Both the position numbers and the translations under genes were made by a program. The notes beneath the pieces are model-generated. The model ran no database searches and was not told the DNA's origin. It saw only the letters and a list, made by a program, of their open reading frames with translations. Shown piece after piece: positions 32,512 through 42,088 of a DNA stretch of 64,000 bases. The DNA lies in assembly GCA_965219575.1 (NCBI GenBank), contig OZ244779.1, positions 1,964,769 to 2,028,768 on the forward strand, given 5' to 3'. Position 1 is the stretch's first letter. The number at the start of each line of letters is the position of its first letter. This DNA comes from Candidatus Oxydemutatoraceae bacterium (GTDB lineage Bacteria; Pseudomonadota; Gammaproteobacteria; Poriferisulfidales; Oxydemutatoraceae).

Positions 32512-34185
32512 ATGGACGATTTAAGCAAAGAACCACAATCCAATTTCATACGGCAGATCGTAGAGCAGGATATTGCTGCCGGCAAGAATGAAGGGCGTGT
32601 GCATACACGTTTCCCGCCGGAACCGAACGGACATTTGCATATAGGTCATGCAAAATCTATCTGCTTAAACTTCGGTATAGCCGAACAATACGAAGGACTC
32701 TGCAACCTGCGTTTTGACGACACCAACCCCGAAAAAGAAAGCGAGGAGTATGTCGAAGCGATCAAAGACTGTGTTCGTTGGCTGGGATTTGACTGGCATA
32801 ATATTCGTTATGCCTCGGATTATTTCGAACTTTTTTATCAATACGCGGTAGAACTGATAAACAAAGAATGTGCTTATGTATGTAGCCTCAGTGCCGAAGA
32901 GATTAGACACTACAGAGGCACACTAACCGAAGCCGGCACCGACAGCCCGTATCGCAACCGTAGCGTCGCGGAGAACTTGACTTTGTTCGAGCAAATGAAA
33001 GACGGTGTCTACAAAAACGGTGCGCATGTGTTGCGCGCAAAAATTGACATGGCTTCGGCAAATCTCAATATGCGAGACCCGACTATCTATAGGATACGGC
33101 ACACCGCACATCATAGAACCGGAACCCGGTGGTGCATCTATCCGACCTACGACTTTTCACATTGTTTGTCCGATGCCATAGAAGACATCACCCACTCCTT
33201 ATGTACACTTGAGTTTGAAGACCACCGCCCGCTATACGATTGGTTTTTAGATAAATTGGGAACCGTACATCCTCAGCAGATTGAATTTGCGCGCCTGCAG
33301 TTGAACTATACGATCACCAGCAAGCGCAATCTAAAGACTTTGATAGACCAAAACTTTGTCGAAGGCTGGGACGACCCGCGCCTGATGACCTTGGGTGGCA
33401 TGAAAAGACGAGGCATTCCGCCGGCGGCAATACACGATTTTTGTGAACGCATCGGCTTGACTAAAAAGGACAGCTGGATCGATTTCGCACTCTTCGAGAA
33501 TTGTGTGCGCGATATACTCAATAAAACATCGTTGCGTAAAATGGCAGTGATAGATCCCTTAAAAGTCGTCATCGTGAACTACCCCGAAGACGAAGTGGAA
33601 TATCTAGATGCGGTCAATAAGCCGAACGATGCTACAGCCGGCACCCGCCCGCTGGCTTTTTCGCGTGAACTCTATATAGAGCGCGACGACTTTATGGAGA
33701 CCCCGGTCAAAAAATTCTTCAGGCTCGCACCGGGACGAGAAGTGCGGCTGAAATATGCTTATTACATTCGCTGTGAACAAATAATAAAAGACGAAAACGG
33801 AAAGATTACCGAACTCCACTGCCGCTACGACCCGCAAACTCGCGGCGGCGACAGCGCGGACAAGCGCAAGGTTAAGGGCACCTTACATTGGCTTAGTGCG
33901 AAACATGCACAACACGCCGAGATACGGCTTTACGATAGATTATTCAATGTCGAAAACCCGTTGGCACACGAGGACATTAAGCAAACACTCAACCCCGACT
34001 CGTTGGTCGTCAAAAAACAATGCCTAGTTGAACCCGGTGCCTTAGAAATACCACACGACGATTGTATACAATTCGAGAGATTGGGTTATTTTTGTTTAGA
34101 TCGTCGCGATCATTCACCGACATATCCGGTATTCAATCGCACTATCACACTGCGCGATACTTGGGCAAAAATCTTGCGTGGGTAA
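32512..34185 (+). CDS. glnS: Glutamine--tRNA ligase
   Basis: TRFPPEPNGHLHIGHAKSI, THSLCTLEF and QFERLGYF motifs. Probable start ATG 32512. Confidence 0.96.
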   Translation: MDDLSKEPQSNFIRQIVEQDIAAGKNEGRVHTRFPPEPNGHLHIGHAKSICLNFGIAEQYEGLCNLRFDDTNPEKESEEYVEAIKDCVRWLGFDWHNIRYASDYFELFYQYAVELINKECAYVCSLSAEEIRHYRGTLTEAGTDSPYRNRSVAENLTLFEQMKDGVYKNGAHVLRAKIDMASANLNMRDPTIYRIRHTAHHRTGTRWCIYPTYDFSHCLSDAIEDITHSLCTLEFEDHRPLYDWFLDKLGTVHPQQIEFARLQLNYTITSKRNLKTLIDQNFVEGWDDPRLMTLGGMKRRGIPPAAIHDFCERIGLTKKDSWIDFALFENCVRDILNKTSLRKMAVIDPLKVVIVNYPEDEVEYLDAVNKPNDATAGTRPLAFSRELYIERDDFMETPVKKFFRLAPGREVRLKYAYYIRCEQIIKDENGKITELHCRYDPQTRGGDSADKRKVKGTLHWLSAKHAQHAEIRLYDRLFNVENPLAHEDIKQTLNPDSLVVKKQCLVEPGALEIPHDDCIQFERLGYFCLDRRDHSPTYPVFNRTITLRDTWAKILRG

Positions 34186-34189
34186 AGGT

Positions 34190-34460
34190 GGGGCTGCTGA
34201 AAAAGTACCGTTTTGCACGAATAATGTTTTGACCCTACCCAATTTATGTTTGCCTACCGTAGGGGCGGACTTATATGTCCGCCCGTAACGCGTTGCGCCT
34301 GCACGATTTATACATTTATTCATCCAATTTATGGAAACCAAAGCCATACAGCGCAGGCGGTTACGGTTATTCTGGACGGTATTTAAGGGCAGACATTAGA
34401 GTTGCCGATTGACCTATCGGGCGGACATACAAGTCCGCCCCTACAAGCTCAATCGGCGGT
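34190..34460. repeat. Composite repeat with a REP-like unit inserted in the hairpin loop
   Basis: TGCCGATTGACCTA-[GGGCGGAC...GTCCGCCCCTAC]-CTCAATCGGCGG at 34403-34459. Confidence 0.8.
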
Positions 34461-35412
34461 ACTACGTTTAGCTTTTCTTTTTCTCACGGGGGTGTGCGCA
34501 ACAAGAGAGGAAGTTGACCACCAATAATCGGTTCTGGGGATCAAATGCATCGGAATTACACCGACAGTCAGTCCATTACTAAACTTACCTTCGATAATCT
34601 CCGGACTGATGTAGGTATAATTAAGCAACGAACGCAACCAGCATAGTTTTCCCGGGCAATGTAGCCGGGATAAACTTGCTTTAATGCGGCGTAGCAACGA
34701 GGGTGCAGACCGCTGCCCCCATGCCAACGCAACACATAGTAGCGTCGGTATTTTTCGCTATTTTCCCCCAATTCTGCCTGTATCACTAAACCATACAGCC
34801 GGTTGATGTATTTGCCAGCGTGCCTCAGGATCGTTTGCGAGTATTATGTTCATACTCTCTTGGTCTAGTTGTTTCATTTCCACTACTTGCCGAAAATAGT
34901 TTTGCGTACGCACATTGGCACGGCAAAAAAAAGAAGCCTGCACAGAGAACGAAATGATAACGATCAAAATGCTCCTTCGGCGCGTGTGTTCCTTGAGACA
35001 TAAGTAAGTCAAATTCGGTATGTTGCATTAACCAAGGCATTGGGTCTTGTAGCCAGAACGCATCGGCATCACTATGGATAAAGTCGCTCCCCGACCTGAT
35101 GAGTGCGAGAAATAATTTTTTGCGTAAACTAAAAAGTGTTGCCGGTAGAAGTTTGCCGGATGGTTCGGCTAGTTCGTGTATGCGTATATCCGGAAATAAA
35201 TCACAGAAATAAACTGCACGATCACCGTGTCCGATTTCGTTTAGCCACGCAACCAATTCCCTATCCATGCAAACAATTCGCCAATGGTCGCAAGTCGACA
35301 AGGCGTGTTTAATCCATTCATGAATAACATTTCGGTAATTAAAAGTCCCGAACACAATCGTAACGGGTGTGCCGTTGACCGGGTCAAACGACGAAAATCT
35401 ATCTACGGTCAT
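34449..35412 (-). pseudogene. Nucleotide-diphospho-sugar transferase (GT77/PF03407-like), disrupted by a frameshift and an in-frame TAG
   Basis: HSDADAFW (DxD) and LCAGFF motifs. After a T8 run (34925-34932) the frame shifts to CRANVRT...DQESMN. After TAG at 34758-34760 the same frame continues to GLTVGVIP...LVAH. Confidence 0.65.
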
Positions 35413-35453
35413 ATTTCTCTCCAGTGTAAATCCGGTATTTAAGCGAAGACATC

Positions 35454-36989
35454 TTAATTTTCCTCTAGCTTTTTCTTAGGGTGCATCAACGGGAATAAAA
35501 TAACATCCTTGATGGCGTTGCAACCGGTGAGTATCATCACCAGTCTGTCTATACCGATACCGACACCGGCGGCAGGAGGCATTGCGTGTTCCAAGGCTTC
35601 TATATAGTCGGCATCGTAGTACATCGCTTCGTCGTCTCCGCCGCTTTTTCGGTCGGCTTGCATTTTCAATCGGCGAGCTTGTTCAATCGGGTCGTTGAGC
35701 TCCGAAAAGCCGTTGGCAACTTCGTAGCCCGATATAAATAATTCAAATCGTTCGGCTATCTCCGCATAGCCGCTTTTGGGACGGGCAAGCGGCGAGACGA
35801 TACTTGGATAATCGCAAACAAAGGTAGGCCTTTGCAGTTGCGGTTCGACGCGTTTCTCGAATATCGCCAGCTGGAGCAGATAGGGGTTATCGGTGTTATC
35901 GACGGCGATGCCTTCGGCAGCAGCGTAGTCCTTGAGTAGCTTCGGATCATCCAGCGATTGTTCGTTCAAACCGTCGGTATATTTCGATAATGCTTGTCTA
36001 AAAGTGATACGCTCAAAGGGTTGACTCAAATCGTACAGGTCGTTGCGTGCAGTCTCCTCGGCTTTCGGCAACGACGGAAATTCTTCGTACAAAAGCGATT
36101 GACAACTACGCAACAGTTTCTCGGTTGTGTCCATCGCTTGCCGATAATCTATGTAGGCTTGATAAAACTCCAACATCGTAAATTCCGGGTTGTGATGGCT
36201 CGAGATACCCTCATTCCTAAAATTGCGATTCAATTCGTAGATTTTTTCAAAACCGCCGACGAGCAATCGCTTTAGATAAAGTTCCGGGGCAACACGCAGA
36301 TACAAAGTCATATCCAGCGCGTTGTGATGCGTAATAAAAGGTTTAGCGGTTGCCCCACCCGGCAAGCTTTGCATCATCGGCGTTTCTACTTCCAGAAAAC
36401 TCTGCCGATTGAGATAATCGCGTAAATAGGCGATTATCCGTGAGCGCATTTTGAATACCGTGCGGCTGCCTTCGTTGATGATTAAATCCAAATAGCGTTT
36501 TCTATATCGGGTCTCTATATCGGCTAAACCGTGAAATTTCTCGGGCATAGGTTGTAGAGACTTGGCAAGTATACGAAGTTCGCTCACCCGGATACTCAGC
36601 TCGCCGGTTTTGGTTTTGGTTAAGCTACCGCAGGCACCGATAATATCGCCGTTATCCAACAATGCTAAAGACCCGACCGACGCTTCGGCAGATCCGACAA
36701 TCATCAACTGTAGGGTTCCACCGCGGTCGCGTAATTTAACAAAACTGGTCTTGCTCATTTGTCGCTTTGCCATCACTCGCCCGGCAACTGCCACCTGCAC
36801 CTTGCGCGTTTCCAATTCGTCGCGATCCAGATGTCGATACTGCGCGTGAAAATCGGCACTGCTGGTTTCAATCGCATGTGCCGTATCGTCGGTGGCTATG
36901 GTACGCCTAAAGTCGTTGGGGTACGCCTCACCCGACTGCGATAGCTTTTTGAGCTTTTTACGGCGGTCTGCGGCTTCGTCGCTCATCAT
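35454..36989 (-). CDS. lysS: Lysine--tRNA ligase (class II)
   Basis: RYRKRYLDLI, GGATAKPF, LRVAPELYLKRL, HNPEFT and GIGIDRL motifs. Confidence 0.96.
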   Translation of the reverse strand: MMSDEAADRRKKLKKLSQSGEAYPNDFRRTIATDDTAHAIETSSADFHAQYRHLDRDELETRKVQVAVAGRVMAKRQMSKTSFVKLRDRGGTLQLMIVGSAEASVGSLALLDNGDIIGACGSLTKTKTGELSIRVSELRILAKSLQPMPEKFHGLADIETRYRKRYLDLIINEGSRTVFKMRSRIIAYLRDYLNRQSFLEVETPMMQSLPGGATAKPFITHHNALDMTLYLRVAPELYLKRLLVGGFEKIYELNRNFRNEGISSHHNPEFTMLEFYQAYIDYRQAMDTTEKLLRSCQSLLYEEFPSLPKAEETARNDLYDLSQPFERITFRQALSKYTDGLNEQSLDDPKLLKDYAAAEGIAVDNTDNPYLLQLAIFEKRVEPQLQRPTFVCDYPSIVSPLARPKSGYAEIAERFELFISGYEVANGFSELNDPIEQARRLKMQADRKSGGDDEAMYYDADYIEALEHAMPPAAGVGIGIDRLVMILTGCNAIKDVILFPLMHPKKKLEEN

Positions 36990-36996
36990 ATGCTCA

Positions 36997-38095
36997 CTAG
37001 TAGCCTTGTTTGAGGCTTTCTTCTATAAAGGCGGTGATATCACCGTCCAATACCGCTTGGGTGTTGGTGTTCTCGTAGCGAGTGCGCAAATCCTTAATTC
37101 GTGATTGATCCAACACATAAGAACGGATTTGATTGCCCCAGCCTATATCGGATTTACTCTCTTCCATCGCTTGTTTCTCGGTCAGCTTTTTACGCATTTC
37201 CAGTTCGTACAATTTGGCTTTTAGTTGCTTCATCGCAATACTTTTGTTCTTGTGCTGGGAACGGTCGCTTTGACATTGCACCACGGTCGAGGTCGGTAGG
37301 TGCGTAATCCTGACTGCCGATTCGGTCTTGTTGACATGCTGCCCCCCCGCTCCGCTCGCTCTGTAGACATCTATGCGTAGATCGGCAGGGTTAATCTCTA
37401 TATCCAATGCGTCGTCCACCTCGGGGTAGACAAACGCCGAAGCAAAGGAGGTGTGCCGCTTGTTGCCGGCGTTGAACGGCGACTTGCGCACCAAACGATG
37501 GATACCGGTTTCGCTACGCAACCACCCGTAGGCATAATCCCCTTGTATGTAAACGGTTGCGCTTTTAATTCCGGCAACTTCACCCGGCGATATTTCGGTG
37601 ATACCGGCCTTAAAAGATTGTCGCTCCGCCCACCGCAAATACATGCGTAGTAGCATCTCCGCCCAATCTTGCGCTTCGGTACCACCCGAGCCGGCGTTGA
37701 TATCCAGATAAGCATTATTGGCATCCATCTCGCCGCCGAACATGCGCTGAAACTCAAGGGTTTCGACCTGCTCGCAGATCCGTTGCACATCGTCTCCCAG
37801 TGCCGCCAAAGTCTCGGCATCTTGCTCTTGCTCCACAAGTTCAAGTAAAGCACGGCTGTCGTTTAAACTTTGTTCTAGTGTGGTGAGGCTATTTATAATT
37901 TTCTCTAGGGTGCTACGTTCTTTGTTTAGGCTACGTACGCGTTCTTGTTGGTTCCATACTGCGTTATCCTCCAGTTCCCTACACAAGACATCGTGGCGTT
38001 TTTGCTTTGCGTCAAAGTCAAAGATACCCCCTCAGCGCATCGCTACGGCGCGTTAGATCTTCTATTTTTTGCTTGATTGTGTTCAATTCTTCCAT
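36997..38095 (-). CDS. prfB: Peptide chain release factor 2 (programmed +1 frameshift)
   Basis: SPF and GGQ motifs. N-terminal [25 protein letters not shown] from ATG 38095 is joined to the main ORF through CTT-TGA-C. Confidence 0.96.
38017..38032 (-). promoter_or_regulatory. prfB autoregulatory +1 frameshift site (AGGGGG-TAT-CTTTGAC)
   Basis: Canonical internal SD sequence plus CTT TGA C slippery stop on the minus strand. Confidence 0.95.
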
Positions 38096-38142
38096 AATTA
38101 ATCCATCAAAGCGATGATTGTATCAAATATCGTGCCTAATGA

Positions 38143-38266
38143 ATAGCCGCCGCTTGCTTCATTGGCTCAATCGGCGGAGATTGTATTTTGTAATGTGGGC
38201 ATTGCTGATATGTTAGGTTCTGCCCAATGTCACGCCACTTGTGCTACTGCAACAAGTGGCGGTTCT
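38143..38266. repeat. Repeat cluster with the variant hairpin CGCCACTTGTGC-TACT-GCAACAAGTGGCG
   Basis: Hairpin at 38233-38261 with the same flanks as the CGCCGATTGA hairpin. Confidence 0.75.
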
Positions 38267-39647
38267 ATTGGAGGGGGCCTTCCAAAAAGACTTTACTGCG
38301 GATGTAGACAATTGCCCTCTCGGGTACAACCGATAAAGAAGCACTCCCGGGAGTGCCGACAATTACACGAAGGTTTCGTGTTGGGATAGACGAAACAAAA
38401 GTATTGCCGTCAATACGCACAGTCAATCTAGAACTAGACCTACCAACGCCGTCGTCCATGGTGGGAATACTATAAGTAGCCGTCGTCTCGCCGGCCATGA
38501 TCGTAATCATTCCTACAACTTCGGTTGTTGACGTAACCGACGGAACATAGTCTCTGCCATCATCGTTTGTCTCAATAGCCTCAAGTGCCATTGTCAAGTC
38601 CGCGTCGAGCGACACGGAACGGAAGTTCGGGTCGTTAGGTGGTATAAATGGTAGCGTGCGTGTTATCGTAAATATCGCCGGATTACCTGCTATAACGGTT
38701 CTGGGCGCAGTGATAGTCACCCTTACATCATCGTCATCTCTGATAATAAGTTGTGCAAAAACCTCACGTGCTGGTTGAAGAGTATTATCAGCGAGTCTCT
38801 CTAGAGGATAATTACGTTCTATGATTATATTGAGTACTTCGTTGATTTCCAGTTCTGCATCGTGCATGACCGGAATTTCCACCACAAAACTCGTAGTACT
38901 CGGCGGAATAGTCGAATCGGATACGGGAGTATAATTATCGTTAATATCCTCTGTTAATTTTACATAGCTAAACATCACCGTATCACTTGCCCGCAAACCA
39001 AAATTAGTAATTCTGTCGCTTGGATTAATTCCCCTGATTATAAGTTTTAGCTCAAAATTCTCGCTTTCGTCTACAACATAAATCCTTCTGTCAAATTCAA
39101 TTATGTATTCATCTTCCCATACGGTCACCGTTAAGGTAGCGTTAGCAGGATCCGGAGTCGGTTCGGGAGAGATGTTACTACTCTCTATGCGATCAATGAC
39201 GATTTGTGCCTCTCTATCCCCGTCAAGCACATTGTCGTCACCAAATCTCCACTGCAAGGTCGCAGTTCGCGCACCGGCACCTACGAAGGTGACGGTGGTA
39301 TTGAATACCGGCGGATCATTCCCTTGCTGCATAATATCAAGCTCAGACAAACGCACACCGATATTGCGATTGTTACCCGGCACTATACTGACCTCTGTCC
39401 CTGATGTCGGCGCATTTATGATAGGCGCATACTTAAGCGATACGGCAAGCGTTTCGCCGGCTTCAAGGGAGCGATCTATCTCGACACGAAACCGTATTGT
39501 GCCACCCTCCCAAACCGTGGCATTGGGTTGCGCCAGTGAAATGCTAGCCGTCGGTGCCTGTGCAATGCCGGTATCGGCAAAGCAAAAGAGCAATAAAAAC
39601 AAAACGGCATAACCCCATGCACGCCGGCGATAATCGTATTGTTGCAT
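38265..39647 (-). CDS. Secreted Calx-beta/Ig-like repeat protein with C-terminal VFLEG tail
   Basis: Signal peptide ...TGIA|Q, V-x-EG starts, DDNVLDGD / DAELE / IRDDD Calx-beta-like acidic motifs, ends AIVYIRSKVFLEGPLQ. Confidence 0.75.
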   Translation of the reverse strand: MQQYDYRRRAWGYAVLFLLLFCFADTGIAQAPTASISLAQPNATVWEGGTIRFRVEIDRSLEAGETLAVSLKYAPIINAPTSGTEVSIVPGNNRNIGVRLSELDIMQQGNDPPVFNTTVTFVGAGARTATLQWRFGDDNVLDGDREAQIVIDRIESSNISPEPTPDPANATLTVTVWEDEYIIEFDRRIYVVDESENFELKLIIRGINPSDRITNFGLRASDTVMFSYVKLTEDINDNYTPVSDSTIPPSTTSFVVEIPVMHDAELEINEVLNIIIERNYPLERLADNTLQPAREVFAQLIIRDDDDVRVTITAPRTVIAGNPAIFTITRTLPFIPPNDPNFRSVSLDADLTMALEAIETNDDGRDYVPSVTSTTEVVGMITIMAGETTATYSIPTMDDGVGRSSSRLTVRIDGNTFVSSIPTRNLRVIVGTPGSASLSVVPERAIVYIRSKVFLEGPLQ

Positions 39648-39760
39648 TATCGTAAAGATATAGTTAATAGATTTAGATAATATTTAATCTGCATTATACC
39701 AGTCTAATCTGTGAACCATAGAGAAATTGCATAAACTGAATGCGATGATCGTACCGATAC

Positions 39761-40300
39761 GGGGGACTGTTGGAAAAATACTGTTTTTGCACAACTGCAA
39801 CCGCTTGCGCCATTTGGTTTTGGTTTCCATAAATCGGATGAACGAGTAAATAGTACAGATACCACACAACCACCCCGTCAGGCTGAATAGAACCGCCGAT
39901 TGAGCCAGTAGGTCAATCGGCGTGACTTTGTTCAGAACCTCAACATGACTGCTAAACGCATGTATTGCAAAATGCATAGGCCACCCCTCCACAGGAGGGG
40001 AATGTACCGACACTTTACTTGTGCAGATCCTTAGGGACTGTTGAAAAAGTGCGGCATCGTACGAATCCAATCACTTGCGCCATTTGGTTTTGGTTTCCAT
40101 AAATTGGATGGATGAATGTATAAATCGTGTAGGCACAACGCGTTACGGGCGGACATGTTAGTCCGCCCCTACGGGTGGTTTGCAAATATTCACGGCGCAA
40201 GCGGTTACGGTTGCAAGCTGACGATACTTTTTCAACAGCCCCACGATACAACCACCCCGTCAGGCGTAGCCTGCCACCCCTCCGAAGGAGGGGAATGGTT
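39761..40300. repeat. Large composite intergenic repeat (MITE-like units plus CCCCTCC modules, both filled and empty)
   Basis: Contains all module types. 40035-40241 has GGGACTGTTGAAAAAG / CTTTTTCAACAGCCCC ends. Confidence 0.85.
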
Positions 40301-40324
40301 CGCCTTATATTTTGTGGTTTACAT

Positions 40325-41734
40325 CTACTGGAGGGGACCTTCTAAAAAGACTTTACTGCGAATGAAGACAATTGCTCTCCGAGGTACAACCGATAAAGAA
40401 ACACCCTCGGGATTGCCGACAATTACACGAGGGCTTGGGTTCCCAGGTAATGTTATAGACGACATAAAACTACCACCGTCAATACGCACAGTCAATCTAG
40501 AACTAGACCTACCACTGCCGTCGTCAACGGTGGGAATACTATAAGTAACCATTGTCTCACCGACCGGGATCGTGATCATTCCTACAACTTCGGTTGTTGA
40601 CGTAACCGACGGAACATAGTCTCTGCTCTCTTCGTTTGTCTCAACAGCCTCAAGTGCCATTGTCAATGCCGAGTCGAGCGATATAACGGGGAAGCTCCGG
40701 CTGTTAGGCGGTAGCGTGCGTGTTATCGTAAATATCGCCGGATTACCTGCTATAACGGTTCTGGGCGCAGTGATAGTCACCCTAACATCATCGTCATCTC
40801 TAATAACAACATCTACAAAAGAGACAATTGGCTCAAGATTATTATCGCTGGGTATCCGAGGCGGATTATCACGGTCTATGGTTACCCTGAATATCTCGTT
40901 GCTTTCCAGTTCTGCATCGTTCACGATCGGAATTTCCACCACAAAACTCGTAGTACTTGGCGGAATGGTCAAAAAATCGAGGGAACTGTATATAGGAGTG
41001 TAATCAGTTCCTATAGTCGCTGTGAAATCTGAATAGCTAAGCATCACTCCATCACTTGTCCGCAAACCAAAATTAGTAATTCTGTCGCCTGGATTCCCCC
41101 TGATTATAAGTCTTAGCTCGGCATTCTCGTCTTCGTCTATAAAATACAGATTTTGAGCTGGTGGCCTATAAACATACCTGTCAAATTCAATTATGTATTC
41201 ATCTTCCCATACAGTCACCATTAAGGTACTGTTACCCAGGGTCGGTTCGGGAGAGATGTTACTACTCTCTATGTCATCAATGACGATTTGTGCCACTCTA
41301 TCCCCGTCAAGCACATTGTCGTTACCCAATGTCCACTCCAAAGTCGCAGTTCGCGCACCGGCACCTACGAAGGTGATAGTGGTATTGAATACCGGCGGAT
41401 CATTCCCCTGCTGCATAATATTGAGCTCAGACACAGTCGCACGATTGCCACCCCGCACTATACTGACCCCTGCCCCTTCTGTCGGAACATTCATGCCAGG
41501 CGCATACTGAAGCAATACGGCAAGCGTTTCGCCCTCTTGTAGACGATAATTATTTATGTCAACACGAAACCGTATTGTGCCACCCTCCCAAACCGTGGCA
41601 TTGGGTTGCGCCAGTGAAATGCTAACCGTCGGTGTCGTCGGTGACTGTGCAATGCCGGTATCGGCAAAGCAAAAGAGCAGTAAAAACAAACCGGCATAAC
41701 CCCATGCACGCCGGCGATAATCGTATCGTTGCAT
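40325..41734 (-). CDS. Secreted Calx-beta/Ig-like repeat protein, tandem paralog of 38265..39647
   Basis: Long identical stretches with its neighbour, ends AIVFIRSKVFLEGPLQ. Confidence 0.75.
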   Translation of the reverse strand: MQRYDYRRRAWGYAGLFLLLFCFADTGIAQSPTTPTVSISLAQPNATVWEGGTIRFRVDINNYRLQEGETLAVLLQYAPGMNVPTEGAGVSIVRGGNRATVSELNIMQQGNDPPVFNTTITFVGAGARTATLEWTLGNDNVLDGDRVAQIVIDDIESSNISPEPTLGNSTLMVTVWEDEYIIEFDRYVYRPPAQNLYFIDEDENAELRLIIRGNPGDRITNFGLRTSDGVMLSYSDFTATIGTDYTPIYSSLDFLTIPPSTTSFVVEIPIVNDAELESNEIFRVTIDRDNPPRIPSDNNLEPIVSFVDVVIRDDDDVRVTITAPRTVIAGNPAIFTITRTLPPNSRSFPVISLDSALTMALEAVETNEESRDYVPSVTSTTEVVGMITIPVGETMVTYSIPTVDDGSGRSSSRLTVRIDGGSFMSSITLPGNPSPRVIVGNPEGVSLSVVPRRAIVFIRSKVFLEGPLQ

Positions 41735-41847
41735 TATCGTAGAGATATAGTTAATAGATTTAGATAATATTTAATTCGTATTATATCAGTCTAATCTGCA
41801 AACCATAGAGAAATTGCATAAACTGAATGCGATGATCGTACCGATAC

Positions 41848-42086
41848 GGGGGACTGTTGGAAAAATACTGTTTTTGCACAACTGCAACCGCTTGCGCCAT
41901 TTGGTTTTGGTTTCCATAAATCGGATGAATGAATGTATAAATCGTGCAGGCGCAACGCGTTACGGGCGGACATGTTAGTCCGCCCCTACGGTGTATGAAA
42001 TACTTTTTTAACAGCCCCGAATCTTGTATAAGGTGATGTTCCTTGTGCTACTGCAACAAGGAACGGTTATTTGCAACAAGTGGCAG
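41848..42086. repeat. MITE-like repeat plus the variant hairpin GTTCCTTGTGC-TACT-GCAACAAGGAAC
   Basis: Shared modules. Hairpin at 42038-42064. Confidence 0.8.
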
Positions 42087-42088
42087 TG

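Noticed and set aside
38017-38032. Frameshift in prfB as a pseudogene or novelty
   Set aside because: This is the well-known programmed RF2 autoregulatory frameshift.
39684-40544. Short ORFs in intergenic regions (also 6149..6447, 20695..20889, 50581..51179, 59417..59775, 60576..61019)
   Set aside because: They are translations of the dispersed repeat modules and show no transposase motifs.
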